Shown here piece by piece: positions 1-10,447 of a DNA stretch of 64,000 nucleotides. Numbering within the stretch: position 1 is the stretch's first letter; each line of letters begins with the position of its first letter. Below the pieces are notes generated by a model. The model was not told the origin of the DNA. It saw nothing but the letters and a program-made list of their open reading frames with translations, and searched no databases. A program made the translations under genes and the position numbers. Source of the stretch: Candidatus Zhuqueibacterota bacterium (GTDB lineage: Bacteria; Zhuqueibacterota; Zhuqueibacteria; Thermofontimicrobiales; Thermofontimicrobiaceae); assembly GCA_049322915.1 (NCBI GenBank), contig JBMOPW010000035.1:128001-192000 (forward strand), given 5' to 3'.

Positions 1-32
1 GTAACAGAACTCATTACGATTGGAGAAACAGG

Positions 33-1292
33 ATGAAAAAGAAAATTATCGCCATCGCGCTGATTCTTGTCGTCGCAGCCATTGGTCTCACAATTTTGAA
101 TATGTCCGGCAGCGTCAAAGAGGAGAATTTTCAGTTCGGGGAAGCCCGGATGGGAGACATTATCAATTCAGTATCCAGCACCGGCGCCATTAACGCTGTC
201 AGCACCGTGGAAGTGGGGACGCAGGTCTCCGGAACGCTGGATCGTCTCCATGCAGATTTCAATGACCAGGTGAAAAAGGGACAATTGCTCGCCGTGCTGG
301 ATACAATTGTTCTGAAGACCCAGGTGCTGGATGCGCAGGCCAATGTGGAGCGCGTCGAAGCTCTCTTGGAACAGGCGCTGGCGGACCAAAAGAGAAACGA
401 ACCGCTCTTCAGCAAGGGCCTCATCTCCGAGGCGGAATTTCTGCCGATGCAAATCAGTGTCAAAACACAGCAAGCCACTCTGAAATCGGCGCAAGTGGCG
501 CTGGACCGGGCTGAACGGAATTTGCGCTATGCCTATATCAAATCGCCGATTAACGGGACGATCATTCAACGCAATGTGGAGGAAGGCCAGACTGTGGCCG
601 CCAGTTTCCAGACACCCACGCTGTTCATCATCGCCGAAGATTTGACGAAAATGGAAATCCATGCTCAGGTCGATGAGAGCGATATTGGACAAATAAAGAC
701 CGGGCAGAATGTGACCTTTGAAGTGCTGGCCTATCCCGATGTCGTCTTCACTGGCATTGTCAAGCAAGTCCGCTTGCAGCCGACGACAGTGCAAAATGTG
801 GTCAATTACACTGTGGTGATCGACGCCAGCAATGACAAAAAATTGCTGCTGCCGGGCATGACCGCCACCGTTGATTTTTTGATTGAAGAAAAACGAAACG
901 TGCTCATCGTTCCGAATTCTGCATTGACCTTTGCTCCGCCAGAAAATGTCGCCAATGAAGCCCGTGCAGCGCTGGAGAAGCATCGCGCCTCTGCTCCTGA
1001 TTCAATCAAAAAAATGATGACTTCGAAAGTTGGCGCACCGGCGACTGGATCGGCCAGCGGCGATCGCAGCCGGAATTTCAGCGTGGTCTGGTCGCCAAAT
1101 CCGGAAGGCAAATTGATGCCGATCCCTGTGATGACCGGTTCGACCGACGGAAAATCAACAGAAATTTTGCAGAGCCCGTTATTGAAATCAGAACTGAGAG
1201 TGGCGATCGGGACAGCGACAGCCGCAACGACGAAGAAGTCGGAACAAAAACAGACTACCCAACGAATGCCGGGCCCGCCCCGGCTATTCTGA
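33..1292 (+). CDS. MacA-like efflux periplasmic adaptor (membrane fusion protein)
   Basis: N-terminal TM; VEVGTQVSG, IKSPINGTI and VDESDIG motifs; LLPGMTA; first gene of an ABC efflux operon. Confidence 0.92.
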   Translation: MKKKIIAIALILVVAAIGLTILNMSGSVKEENFQFGEARMGDIINSVSSTGAINAVSTVEVGTQVSGTLDRLHADFNDQVKKGQLLAVLDTIVLKTQVLDAQANVERVEALLEQALADQKRNEPLFSKGLISEAEFLPMQISVKTQQATLKSAQVALDRAERNLRYAYIKSPINGTIIQRNVEEGQTVAASFQTPTLFIIAEDLTKMEIHAQVDESDIGQIKTGQNVTFEVLAYPDVVFTGIVKQVRLQPTTVQNVVNYTVVIDASNDKKLLLPGMTATVDFLIEEKRNVLIVPNSALTFAPPENVANEARAALEKHRASAPDSIKKMMTSKVGAPATGSASGDRSRNFSVVWSPNPEGKLMPIPVMTGSTDGKSTEILQSPLLKSELRVAIGTATAATTKKSEQKQTTQRMPGPPRLF

Positions 1293-1345
1293 TAACGCAT
1301 TCAAAGCGGGCATTCACTTGAAACAAATGAAAAGCGAGACTCACT

Positions 1346-2104
1346 ATGACTCCTGTAATCGAAACAATAAATTTGACAAAGACTTTCCAACTGGGCGACG
1401 TGTCAGTGCATGCACTGCAAGGGGTTAATTTAAGAATAACCGCCGGCGAATTTGTCGCCATCATGGGTTCATCTGGCTCGGGCAAATCGACATTGATGAA
1501 TTTGCTGGGTTGTCTGGATATTCCCACCGGAGGGGATTATTTTTTAGACGGGCAGAACATCAATTCCCTGATGAAAAATCAATACGCCGATATCAGAAAT
1601 AAGAAAATCGGTTTTGTGTTCCAGGGATTCAACCTGCTGGCCCGAACTTCAGCCCTCGAAAATGTCGAGTTGCCATTGGTTTACGACCGGCTGCATCATA
1701 TAAAAAATCCCCGGCAGGCAGCAATGGACGCCCTGAAACGCGTGGGATTGGCGGATCGATTTCATCACGAACCCAATCAACTTTCGGGTGGGCAGCAGCA
1801 GCGCGTCGCCATCGCCCGGGCGCTGGTCACGCAGCCATCCATCATTCTGGCGGACGAACCTACCGGAAATCTGGATTCCAAAACCTCGATTGATGTGATG
1901 TCGGTTTTTCAGGAACTGAACAATCAGGGGATTACCATCATTTTAGTGACGCACGAACCGGACATTGCCCAATACGCGAAGCGCATTGTGCAGATGAAGG
2001 ACGGGCGCATCAAAAAAGACACTGTCGTCAAACAGCGACGATCGGCCATAGCGGATCTTGAAAATTTCAAAGATATTGAGGAAGAAGAATTATGTTACAA
2101 TTAA
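1346..2104 (+). CDS. MacB/LolD-type ABC transporter ATP-binding protein
   Basis: Walker A GSSGSGKS, signature LSGGQQQR, Walker [13 protein letters not shown]-loop VTHE. Confidence 0.95.
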   Translation: MTPVIETINLTKTFQLGDVSVHALQGVNLRITAGEFVAIMGSSGSGKSTLMNLLGCLDIPTGGDYFLDGQNINSLMKNQYADIRNKKIGFVFQGFNLLARTSALENVELPLVYDRLHHIKNPRQAAMDALKRVGLADRFHHEPNQLSGGQQQRVAIARALVTQPSIILADEPTGNLDSKTSIDVMSVFQELNNQGITIILVTHEPDIAQYAKRIVQMKDGRIKKDTVVKQRRSAIADLENFKDIEEEELCYN

Positions 2105-3312
2105 AAAATCTATTTCAGGTGGCATTGAAGAGCATCTATAAAAACCGCATGCGAAGTCTGCTCACCTCGCTGGGCATTATCATCGGTGTGGGCGCGGTAA
2201 TCATTATGGTCGCTATTGGCGAAGGCGCTTCGGCGAACATTCAGAAGAGCATTTCATCATTGGGGACAGATTTACTGATGGTCTTTCCGGGCGCAAGTCA
2301 AATAGGCGGCGTCAGTCGTGGCGCAAGCAGCGAAAATCGTCTGACATTTGAAGACGTGAAAAAACTGGAAACCGAAGCGACGATGATCAAAAAAATTTCT
2401 TCGGTGGTCAATTACGGAGTACAGGTCATCGGCGGCGGGAACAACTGGAACACCATGATTCAGGGTGTGGATCCGGAATTCCTGTATATCAAAGAATACA
2501 AAATCGCTTCCGGAACTTTTTTCACCGATCGCGATGTTCAGACGCGGAAAAAGAGCGCCGTACTCGGCAAGACCGTGGTCGATGAGCTTTTCCCAAATCA
2601 GGATCCGATCGGACAAAGAATTCGCATCAATGCGACTCCATTCACTGTGATCGGCGTCCTGGCTGAAAAAGGCCAGAGCGGCATGGGCCAGGATCAGGAC
2701 GATATCATTCTCGCACCGTCGACGACTGTGCTCTATCGGCTGAAAGGCGGCAGATATATCGACCGCATCTATTGCAGCGCCATTTCCAGCGACAGCATGT
2801 ACGTTGCTGAAAATCAACTGACTGCTCTGCTGCGGAAATCGCATCACATCCAAAATGATGAAGAAGACGATTTCACCATCCGGAATCAGGCTGAAATCAT
2901 TGAAATGGCATCCTCGACAACCCGGACATTGACAATTTTGCTGGGCGCCATAGCCGCAGTCTCGCTGTTGGTGGGCGGCATCGGCATCATGAATATCATG
3001 CTGGTATCCGTGACCGAGCGGACCAGGGAGATAGGCATCCGCCTGTCCATCGGCGCCCGCGGCAGCGATATTCTGACGCAATTCCTGGCAGAGTCGGTGG
3101 TGTTGAGTCTGATCGGCGGCGTCATTGGCGTATTGCTGGCGCTGGGAGTAGCCTATCTCATCAGCACATTTAGCAGCATGAATGTCGTTATTAAGCCATT
3201 GATTGTCTTATCATCGTTTTTCTTTGCCGGCGCAGTCGGTGTATTCTTCGGCTTCTACCCGGCGCGAAAAGCGGCAGCGTTGAATCCAATAGATGCACTG
3301 CGTTATGAATAA
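2092..3312 (+). CDS. MacB/FtsX-type ABC permease
   Basis: RSLLTSLGIIIG, VGGIGIMNIMLVSVTERTREIGIR, C-terminal PIDALRYE. Confidence 0.95.
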   Translation: MLQLKNLFQVALKSIYKNRMRSLLTSLGIIIGVGAVIIMVAIGEGASANIQKSISSLGTDLLMVFPGASQIGGVSRGASSENRLTFEDVKKLETEATMIKKISSVVNYGVQVIGGGNNWNTMIQGVDPEFLYIKEYKIASGTFFTDRDVQTRKKSAVLGKTVVDELFPNQDPIGQRIRINATPFTVIGVLAEKGQSGMGQDQDDIILAPSTTVLYRLKGGRYIDRIYCSAISSDSMYVAENQLTALLRKSHHIQNDEEDDFTIRNQAEIIEMASSTTRTLTILLGAIAAVSLLVGGIGIMNIMLVSVTERTREIGIRLSIGARGSDILTQFLAESVVLSLIGGVIGVLLALGVAYLISTFSSMNVVIKPLIVLSSFFFAGAVGVFFGFYPARKAAALNPIDALRYE

Positions 3313-3334
3313 CATTGAACAGAAGGTGACCCTC

Positions 3335-4591
3335 ATGAAACCAAATCTCATTCTACTTTTTCTTGTGTCGCTGGTGATAGCAACGCCTGGCCTGGGCCAG
3401 GTCGAAACGTTGAGTCTTGAACATTGTATTGAACTGGCGATTGAAAATAACAACACACTCAGGAAGAGTCTGATGAATGTCGAGCAAGCCTCGGTCAGCA
3501 AACGACAATCGTATTCCGAATTGTTTCCCAGTCTGACGATCTCCGCATCGGGCAATAACAGCAAGACCAGCCAAATGGGCTCGGACTGGGAATCGCAGTG
3601 GAGCCTGCAGAAGACCGCTGAACAGGCGATTTACAGGCCTGGTCTTTTCTCGAACATCAAGCAGGCTGGCATCAATGAACAGATAGCGAAAATTTCCAGC
3701 GCAGAAACTGAATCTCAGATCCGCTTGCTGGTTAAAAATTTATACTTTCAAATTTTGTCTTCGAATTCGCTCATTGCCGTCTATCAGGAAAACATACAAT
3801 CATCCGCTGAAAACCTGGAGAAAATCCGGTTAATGTTCAAAGTCGGCGCCAAAACAGAATCCGATGTGCTCAAAGCTGAGGTTCAAAAGGGTAATTTTGA
3901 ATCACAACTTTTGACTGAACAGCAAAATCTATTAAGCTACAAACGTCAGCTAAACTCGGCCATGGGACGGTCGCCTCTGCTTGAATTTCAGATTGTTTCC
4001 CTCTCTGCGGATTCCGTGGACGTGCCGGCTTTTAATTCTGCGCAACAGATGCTGTTGCCAAAAAACCGAAATTTCCAGATGTTAAAAAAGCAGGAAGCCA
4101 GTTCAGCGCTCGCGGTGAGCATCGCGAAAGAGGCGTTCCTGCCGTCATTTTCTGGCTATTACACGTATTCCAAAAGCGATGACTTTACCAGCACCCCTGG
4201 ATTCTCCACGGATCAATTCGGTCTGCGCGTCAGTATCAACCTGTTCAACGGCTGTTACAAACGACTGAATGTTCAGCAGCAGAAGCTTTCCCTGAATAGC
4301 GCCTCCATCGAACTGAGCGAAGAAGAACTCCAACTATACGACGAATTGGCGAACTTATACACCAATCTGGATACTAACAATAAACAAATTGAACTGAATG
4401 TAAAAAGCGTCCAGGCTGCCCGGCGCGACCTGGATTTGGTCTCGGAGCGCTATGCACATGGCGCCAGCACCATTCTGGATCAAATGACGGCGCAGGCTTC
4501 CCTGCTGGAATCCCAGAGCAACCTGGTCAAATTGAAATATGGCCGAAAAATAATCGAAGCCCAGATCAAACAACTTTTGGCGATGGAGTGA
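3335..4591 (+). CDS. TolC-family outer membrane efflux protein
   Basis: Signal peptide after ATG 3335 (AGAAGG upstream; ATG 3305 is an alternative start); LSLEHCIELAIENN; two OEP-type repeats; ends the Mac-type operon. Confidence 0.88.
   Translation: MKPNLILLFLVSLVIATPGLGQVETLSLEHCIELAIENNNTLRKSLMNVEQASVSKRQSYSELFPSLTISASGNNSKTSQMGSDWESQWSLQKTAEQAIYRPGLFSNIKQAGINEQIAKISSAETESQIRLLVKNLYFQILSSNSLIAVYQENIQSSAENLEKIRLMFKVGAKTESDVLKAEVQKGNFESQLLTEQQNLLSYKRQLNSAMGRSPLLEFQIVSLSADSVDVPAFNSAQQMLLPKNRNFQMLKKQEASSALAVSIAKEAFLPSFSGYYTYSKSDDFTSTPGFSTDQFGLRVSINLFNGCYKRLNVQQQKLSLNSASIELSEEELQLYDELANLYTNLDTNNKQIELNVKSVQAARRDLDLVSERYAHGASTILDQMTAQASLLESQSNLVKLKYGRKIIEAQIKQLLAME
4492..4591 (+). repeat. Direct repeat copy 1 (tolC 3' end)
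   Basis: 4492-4560 matches 7269-7337 at 67/69 nt; in-frame similarity continues to a co-positioned TGA. Confidence 0.9.
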
Positions 4592-4762
4592 TTTTGGCGG
4601 AAATCGGATTTTGAATGAAAAATGAAGTGAGAATGATTTCGAATACGTGAGAGGTTAATTTTGCCGACTACATGTTGGATTTTAAGACGAAATATGATGG
4701 CCGCGGATGTTTGTAAAGCCAAGTAGCTGTTCTGCTGAAACATAAAATATGACTTACCTCCG

Positions 4763-4802
4763 AAAACGAAAGGGGAAAATTCTTGAAATTATCCCCTTTC
4801 GT
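4763..4802 (-). terminator. Intrinsic terminator downstream of the DEAD-box helicase
   Basis: Arms ACGAAAGGGGA (4766-4776) and TCCCCTTTCGT (4792-4802); A-run at 4763-4766 reads as a U-tract on the minus strand. Confidence 0.65.
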
Positions 4803-4830
4803 ACAATCAGATCGAAACAGCGAATTTCAA

Positions 4831-6567
4831 CTAAACCCGCTGCCGGCTTTTCCTTCTTAATTTTTTATTTATTCTTCCTGGCGCATAAAATTCTTTACCA
4901 ACCGGGCGCTGCGTAATTTCAACCACGGCTTTTCTTTTATTAAAGGCGATATTTTTAAATCCTGTCAGCACAGTGTCAGCGAAATATTCATCAACTTCAA
5001 AAAAGGAAAAATTTCTCATGATATCAATTTTGCCGATTGTAATATCCCGCTGCCGCGTGCTTCGGTTAACCAGTCCGATCAAGTCGGGTGGCGTCAGACT
5101 GTCCTTAAAACCGAGATTGATAAAAAATCGTGTGAATCCTTCCTCAGCAAAAGACTGCTGATGACGATTATTGGTCTTGCCTGACCGGGCCACGGATTTT
5201 TTCTTCCCTGATTTTATTTTGCTATCTTCCGACTCTGTCGGAGCAGCTAAATCTTTGGCATCGCGATAATAATTCAAATACCGATTGAATTCCAGCGATA
5301 CAAACTGTTTGATCAGTTCCTGCTTGTCGAGCCCGGCCAATTTTTCATAAACTGCCGGCAGAAAGTCCTCGATTTCCCGAGAGTCCAATTCGTTCTTCTG
5401 CAGCCGGTCAACCAGATGCAGCAATTGTTTTTCACAAATTTCCTTTCCGCCTGGCACGTCGAGATGGGTAAATTTTTTCTTGAGCCGGGTTTCGATCTGT
5501 TTGATTTTGTGTTTCTCTTTCAAATTGACAAGGGCAACAGAAATTCCGGTACTGCCAGCGCGACCTGTTCTGCCGCTGCGATGGATGTAGCTTATTATTT
5601 CATCGGGCAGGTTGTAGTTAATAATATGAGTCAAATCTTTAACGTCAATCCCGCGCGCTGCCACATCGGTTGCAGTGAGCAAGTGCAGATTTTTGTTACG
5701 AAATTTGTGCATCACGGCTTCACGTTGCGCCTGCGACAGATCGCCATGCAGGACATCGACATTATAGCCATCCTGTATCAGTTTTTCAGCTACCTGTCTG
5801 GTTTCCTCGCGCGTCCGGCAAAAAATAATGCCATAAATATCCGGATTAAAATCGACAATCCGCTTCAACGCCAGGTAACGATTCTTTTCGTGGACGGAAT
5901 AGCAGAGATGTTCGACATTATCTGCGCCGGTATTTGTCCGGCCTGCTGAGATTTCAAGCGGCTGGCGCAAATATTTTTTTGACAGCCTGCTGACTTCGTC
6001 AGGCATGGTCGCCGAAAAGAACAGCGTAATTTTCGTTTCCGGCATCTGCTCGAAAATGGCGTCCAGCTCTTCCTTGAAACCCATCGACAGCATTTCGTCA
6101 GCCTCATCCAGCACCACCGTCCTGACTTCAGAAAGATCAATTTGTTTTTGGCGGTTGAGCAAATCGTTCATTCTGCCCGGCGTTGCCACGATAATATGCG
6201 CCCCTTTTTTAAGCGCTCTGATCTGTCGTTCCATATCAGCGCCGCCGTAAACAGTGACAATATTTATTTCATCCAAATATTTTGCATATTCCTTCAGGTC
6301 AGAGGTAATTTGCAAACTCAATTCCCGAGTTGGCGCCAAAATCACTGCCTGCGTTTTTTTAATTTCGGGATTAATTGTTTGCAGGATCGGCAAGCCAAAA
6401 GCGGCTGTCTTGCCTGTGCCGGTTTGTGCCAGTCCGATCAAATCACGTTGTTGCGTGAGTAATGTTGGGATTACTTCTGCCTGAATAGGCATGGGATCTT
6501 CAAAGCCCAATTCTTTGATCCCTTTGATTAAATTTTTTGTTAATCCAAGTTTTTTAAAACTATCCAT
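4831..6567 (-). CDS. DEAD-box RNA helicase with C-terminal DbpA RNA-binding domain (DeaD/CsdA-like)
   Basis: Q motif, AQTGTGKT, PTREL, TPGR, DEAD, SAT, ARGID, HRSGRTGRAG; C-terminal RFFINLG...IGKIDI...FSFFEV. Confidence 0.95.
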   Translation of the reverse strand: MDSFKKLGLTKNLIKGIKELGFEDPMPIQAEVIPTLLTQQRDLIGLAQTGTGKTAAFGLPILQTINPEIKKTQAVILAPTRELSLQITSDLKEYAKYLDEINIVTVYGGADMERQIRALKKGAHIIVATPGRMNDLLNRQKQIDLSEVRTVVLDEADEMLSMGFKEELDAIFEQMPETKITLFFSATMPDEVSRLSKKYLRQPLEISAGRTNTGADNVEHLCYSVHEKNRYLALKRIVDFNPDIYGIIFCRTREETRQVAEKLIQDGYNVDVLHGDLSQAQREAVMHKFRNKNLHLLTATDVAARGIDVKDLTHIINYNLPDEIISYIHRSGRTGRAGSTGISVALVNLKEKHKIKQIETRLKKKFTHLDVPGGKEICEKQLLHLVDRLQKNELDSREIEDFLPAVYEKLAGLDKQELIKQFVSLEFNRYLNYYRDAKDLAAPTESEDSKIKSGKKKSVARSGKTNNRHQQSFAEEGFTRFFINLGFKDSLTPPDLIGLVNRSTRQRDITIGKIDIMRNFSFFEVDEYFADTVLTGFKNIAFNKRKAVVEITQRPVGKEFYAPGRINKKLRRKSRQRV

Positions 6568-7014
6568 AAATTCGCCTTACAAAAGTTAAAAGTTGTTCAG
6601 TTATATCTTTGATCACCATGACTGGAGAAAGATTCAAACCGAATTATTTCTTAAAAATAAATGCCAAACATCGCAGCGTGGTTTGCACTGAGATTGCAAC
6701 ATAACGGTCTTGCGAATAACTGCAACAGGATATTGCAGCAAAGCAACCGTCCCCACTCAAATAGACAATCAAAAAAGGTGAGTAACCTGTCAGACAGTTG
6801 AAAATTTTTTCCCTGATAATCTTTAAAAAAAATCAACCCTCTCAGCAGCACATAGCTGAATGTTTGCATTAGAGTTATTTAAACAAAAAAATACCTGCCC
6901 GGAATAAGACGAACCACACGGTCCGTTTCTCAGCACAGTTGGCAGGTTTTGAATTAGTGAAATAATAATTAGAAAAGAAAATCAGGACGAGGCTGATTTT
7001 ATGTTCAAAGAAAA

Positions 7015-7047
7015 TTATTTAACCATCCGTTTAACTGCATTGATCAT
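7015..7047 (-). CDS. Putative 10-aa leader peptide (uORF) MINAVKRMVK in the helicase 5' leader
   Basis: Perfect SD GGAGGTGA (7055-7062) 7 nt before ATG; lies just downstream of a sigma70-like promoter. Confidence 0.45.
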   Translation of the reverse strand: MINAVKRMVK

Positions 7048-7118
7048 ACTTACTTCACCTCCGAAAGCGTAACTTCGCACGAAGTGAACGGTTTAAGATA
7101 GTGAAAATATTGGCGGTA

Positions 7119-7147
7119 AAGTTACGGATAATGTTCGTCAAAGTCAA
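7119..7147 (-). promoter_or_regulatory. Sigma70-like promoter of the helicase leader
   Basis: TTGACT-17 nt-TAACTT on the minus strand. Confidence 0.55.
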
Positions 7148-7268
7148 GCAAAATATTATTTTGATTTTCATGCCTCACCCATCGGCGTTTTCTTGATGCC
7201 TCTTTTTCCTGCCAGCATTCTTTTTCAAGTTTTGGAATTAAGCGAATTTTGACACACTAAATGTTGTA

Positions 7269-7368
7269 GCAGGCCTCCCTGCTGGAATCCCAGAGCAACC
7301 TGGTCAAACTGAAATATGGCCGAAAAATAATCGAAGCGCGCATCACACAGGTATCAGCAATGGATTGA
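7269..7368 (+). repeat. Direct repeat copy 2: orphan, diverged tolC 3'-end fragment
   Basis: Translates QASLLESQSNLVKLKYGRKIIEARITQVSAMD* versus tolC ...IIEAQIKQLLAME*. Confidence 0.9.
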
Positions 7369-8143
7369 TTCTGTGAAATGTGGCGCTCAATTTCTGCATG
7401 TAGTCCACATGCTTCCGGGGTGGCCCAGGAACGTCACCCCGAAAGCATGGCGCAGAGCACCATCCCCAATTTCCAATCGATCGAGATGCCATTCTTGGAG
7501 GGCATTGACTTCCCGCTCCCTCTCCTCTTCCCTGTTGGGCCAACAGAGACGACCGTCGGATCGTCCCTTCCCTGACAGACGCCGGACATAATCGCTGCCA
7601 GTCGCTCAGCCAATTTCGAAAATCCTCCTCGGACATGGGGATTACTCGGTGGCTTTGGTTGAAAATGACGGGCAGGACTTCAGGACGCAGCTCTCATGCA
7701 ATTTCTTTCACTCATGAGTGTGCAATTTCTCTCCTACACTGGGACGGTCCAGGAATTTTTCCCTATTTAACATCTTATTTTCAAGAGATTAACTCAGGAC
7801 GATCCACTCTTGCCTTTGTGGTACAATATTTGATGGTTACACAAAGATAACATGCTGGTTTTCATTGATAGCAATTCCCCGAATGACGCGCACCATCGAA
7901 TGAAACACTGACATGGTCCTAATGCCGTAGAATTCTTCATCTCAAATGCACTCTTCGAAAGTGCAACCAACCATAGGGTTCAATGCAAGTTGATGAAACC
8001 ATGGACTTATTGCGGCATCATTTTTTCAAAACCACACTATTGTGGAGCAATGCCTTCAAAAATCTAATGGTTAAAGCTCATGAACTGTCTAAAAAATATG
8101 TGCAGGCAGAATCGTTTTATGTCTGCAAATTCGGAGATCCTCT

Positions 8144-10384
8144 ATGAAATCATTCAAATGGCTGGTCAGCCTGCTGTTCCTTTTCCAACTCGTTCACCCT
8201 CTCTTCGCACAACAATCAAAAATTGAAGGCAAAGTATTCGATATCAATACGCATCGCGCCGTTCCCTACGTGAATATTTACGTCAAAGGCACCCAAATCG
8301 GTACTGTCAGCGATATCTCCGGCAAATTTTCCCTGACAATCCCCGGGCCGGACGCGCAGATGATCATCGTTTTTCAGCACATCAACTATGACGTTTACGA
8401 AATACATCTCGCCGCTATCTCATCAGCCCTCGAATTGTATCTGCAACCCCGCGTGCTGCCGTTGCCGGAGGTCAGGGTGGAAGCAATCGGCGAAAGGCTG
8501 GAGATTCAAAAGGACATACCGCAGGTTATATCCATCATTGACTCAAAGAGTTTTGATGTACGCGGCTATGTGGATGCCGGCGATTTGCTGCGAACCGACC
8601 ACTCGGTTCAGGTTGAAGAGCAATTGAGCGGTAAAAAAACAATCTCCATCCGCGGCGGCAATCCGGACGATGTGGTGGTTCTGTACAATGGCATCAAAAT
8701 GAACAGCGAGTTCAACAATGTCTTCGATTTCTCGCTGGTCGATCTGGAAGATATTGATCGGCTCGAAGTCATCAAAGGCAGCAATACCGTGCTGTACGGA
8801 TCCGAAGCGTTTTCCGGCGTCATCAATATTGTCCCCAAACTGCGGCAGGATTATTCGCTGCGATTCCAGCAGAGAATCGGCACCTATGATTCGGGCAATT
8901 ACGGTGTGCACGTCTACCAAAAAATCGGTAATTTACTGGGCTCCTATCGGTTTCGTCAGGGCGGAGCAAAACGCGATTTTGCCGATTCCGGCGAGGATCA
9001 GTCGCTGGAAAATAGATCAATGCATCACTCCGCCAATATTGACTATGTTATATCCGAGGGGCCCGGCGGTATCGCAATGAGCACGGTCGGCGCCACTTTC
9101 ATTCAATCCTCCCTGGAATATATTGACAACCGCGACGATGAGAGACTCACCAACGCCAGCCAGATCATCGGCCTGCATTTCACCGGTGACATATTCCGCC
9201 TGCGGAATCTGAACCTGTCCATCTCGCAGAAATGGCTGGATGAGGATCAAACCATCTCCAGCGATGCCGGCGGATTGGACCGAAACATCGAAGACAAATC
9301 GCTCCAGATTCATGCGCAAAAGACATTCATATTCAAAAATGCCGAATTGTTGCTGGGATATCAGTACGAGGGGGCGCATCTGGATTTCTATGATTTTCGG
9401 ACGGATGCAAGCTGGATAGACCTGGAAGAAGCCTCTGCCTCACTCCAGCGGGACCGGCACGGTGCAATTTCTATTTTGAAAGTACATGCCCCGAGCGGTT
9501 CCGATATTGTGAAAACAGTGGATTTCGATTTGAGCTATCGCTACGACGCTGTCACGGACAAATTGAACGAGAAATCCAACCTGAATTCGCCCTACGAACT
9601 TGGCGAATTCACCGGCGATAACTGGGATGAATCCATGCTGAAATTTGCCTCTGTCTTCTCCGGCTATCGCAACGACTATGCGTTCAACATTTTTATGAAC
9701 TACGGCAGGAATGTCAAGTTTCCCACACTTTCGCAATTGATCAGCTCGCAACTGGCCATCACCTCGACGATCATTCAACCGGATCTGAATCCGGAAAAAA
9801 ATCAGAGCATGGAAATCGGACTCAATCTCAAACGGGATTTGAGCAGTCACCCCACTATTTACGGTTGGGAAATATCCGGCAATTACATGAAGAACTATTA
9901 TGAAAACAAAATCGTGGCCTATTTCACGCCGGGAATTCCCGTGGCTTTTTATAATATGGTGCCGGATGCGCGCATTTCAGGATTCGAAACCAAGACGCGG
10001 GTCTTTTTTCTCAAGAAAAAAGTGACGCTGGAATTTGGTTATTCGCGGTATTCCATCCCGGAGAAATCGGCTTTCCCATTCAAATACGATATGAAGCGGA
10101 CGGTGAATTTCATGATCGACCATGCCGGCTACTCGTTCCAGATCCACTGGTTCAAAGAGGGCGAGCAGATTGGACTGATCCGCCAATTCAGCGGGTACTT
10201 CGATCAGACAACATTGCCCGAATTTTCCAGTGTCGATATTCATCTGAGCAAGACGTTCTCTTTTGGCAAGTTCAAAATCTTCGGCAACTTCAGCGGAAGG
10301 AATTTAACTAACGATAAAGTGGAGTTGGAGGGCCTGGCGCTTCGCGACCGAAGAATATATTTCACAATTGGCGCTCAGTATTGA
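8144..10384 (+). CDS. TonB-dependent receptor with N-terminal carboxypeptidase-regulatory-like domain
   Basis: Signal peptide; IEGKVFD...GTVSDISGKFSL; plug motifs ISIRGG and IDRLEVIKGSNTVLYGSEAFSGVINI; LNPEK; C-terminal beta strand ending in Y. Confidence 0.9.
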   Translation: MKSFKWLVSLLFLFQLVHPLFAQQSKIEGKVFDINTHRAVPYVNIYVKGTQIGTVSDISGKFSLTIPGPDAQMIIVFQHINYDVYEIHLAAISSALELYLQPRVLPLPEVRVEAIGERLEIQKDIPQVISIIDSKSFDVRGYVDAGDLLRTDHSVQVEEQLSGKKTISIRGGNPDDVVVLYNGIKMNSEFNNVFDFSLVDLEDIDRLEVIKGSNTVLYGSEAFSGVINIVPKLRQDYSLRFQQRIGTYDSGNYGVHVYQKIGNLLGSYRFRQGGAKRDFADSGEDQSLENRSMHHSANIDYVISEGPGGIAMSTVGATFIQSSLEYIDNRDDERLTNASQIIGLHFTGDIFRLRNLNLSISQKWLDEDQTISSDAGGLDRNIEDKSLQIHAQKTFIFKNAELLLGYQYEGAHLDFYDFRTDASWIDLEEASASLQRDRHGAISILKVHAPSGSDIVKTVDFDLSYRYDAVTDKLNEKSNLNSPYELGEFTGDNWDESMLKFASVFSGYRNDYAFNIFMNYGRNVKFPTLSQLISSQLAITSTIIQPDLNPEKNQSMEIGLNLKRDLSSHPTIYGWEISGNYMKNYYENKIVAYFTPGIPVAFYNMVPDARISGFETKTRVFFLKKKVTLEFGYSRYSIPEKSAFPFKYDMKRTVNFMIDHAGYSFQIHWFKEGEQIGLIRQFSGYFDQTTLPEFSSVDIHLSKTFSFGKFKIFGNFSGRNLTNDKVELEGLALRDRRIYFTIGAQY

Positions 10385-10447
10385 TAGCAAACTGACCGTT
10401 CAGAAATCGATAGCAGTCATATCCTTCAAACTCAAAGGACTATTTTC

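Noticed and set aside
7245..7260. TTTTGACACACTA resembling a MITE end next to the tolC repeat
   Set aside because: No matching inverted partner found in the islet; too short to support.
7850..8143. Cobalamin or other riboswitch upstream of the TonB receptor
   Set aside because: Only small hairpins (e.g. TGCACT-CTTCGAA-AGTGCA); no B12-box or other conserved riboswitch core recognised.
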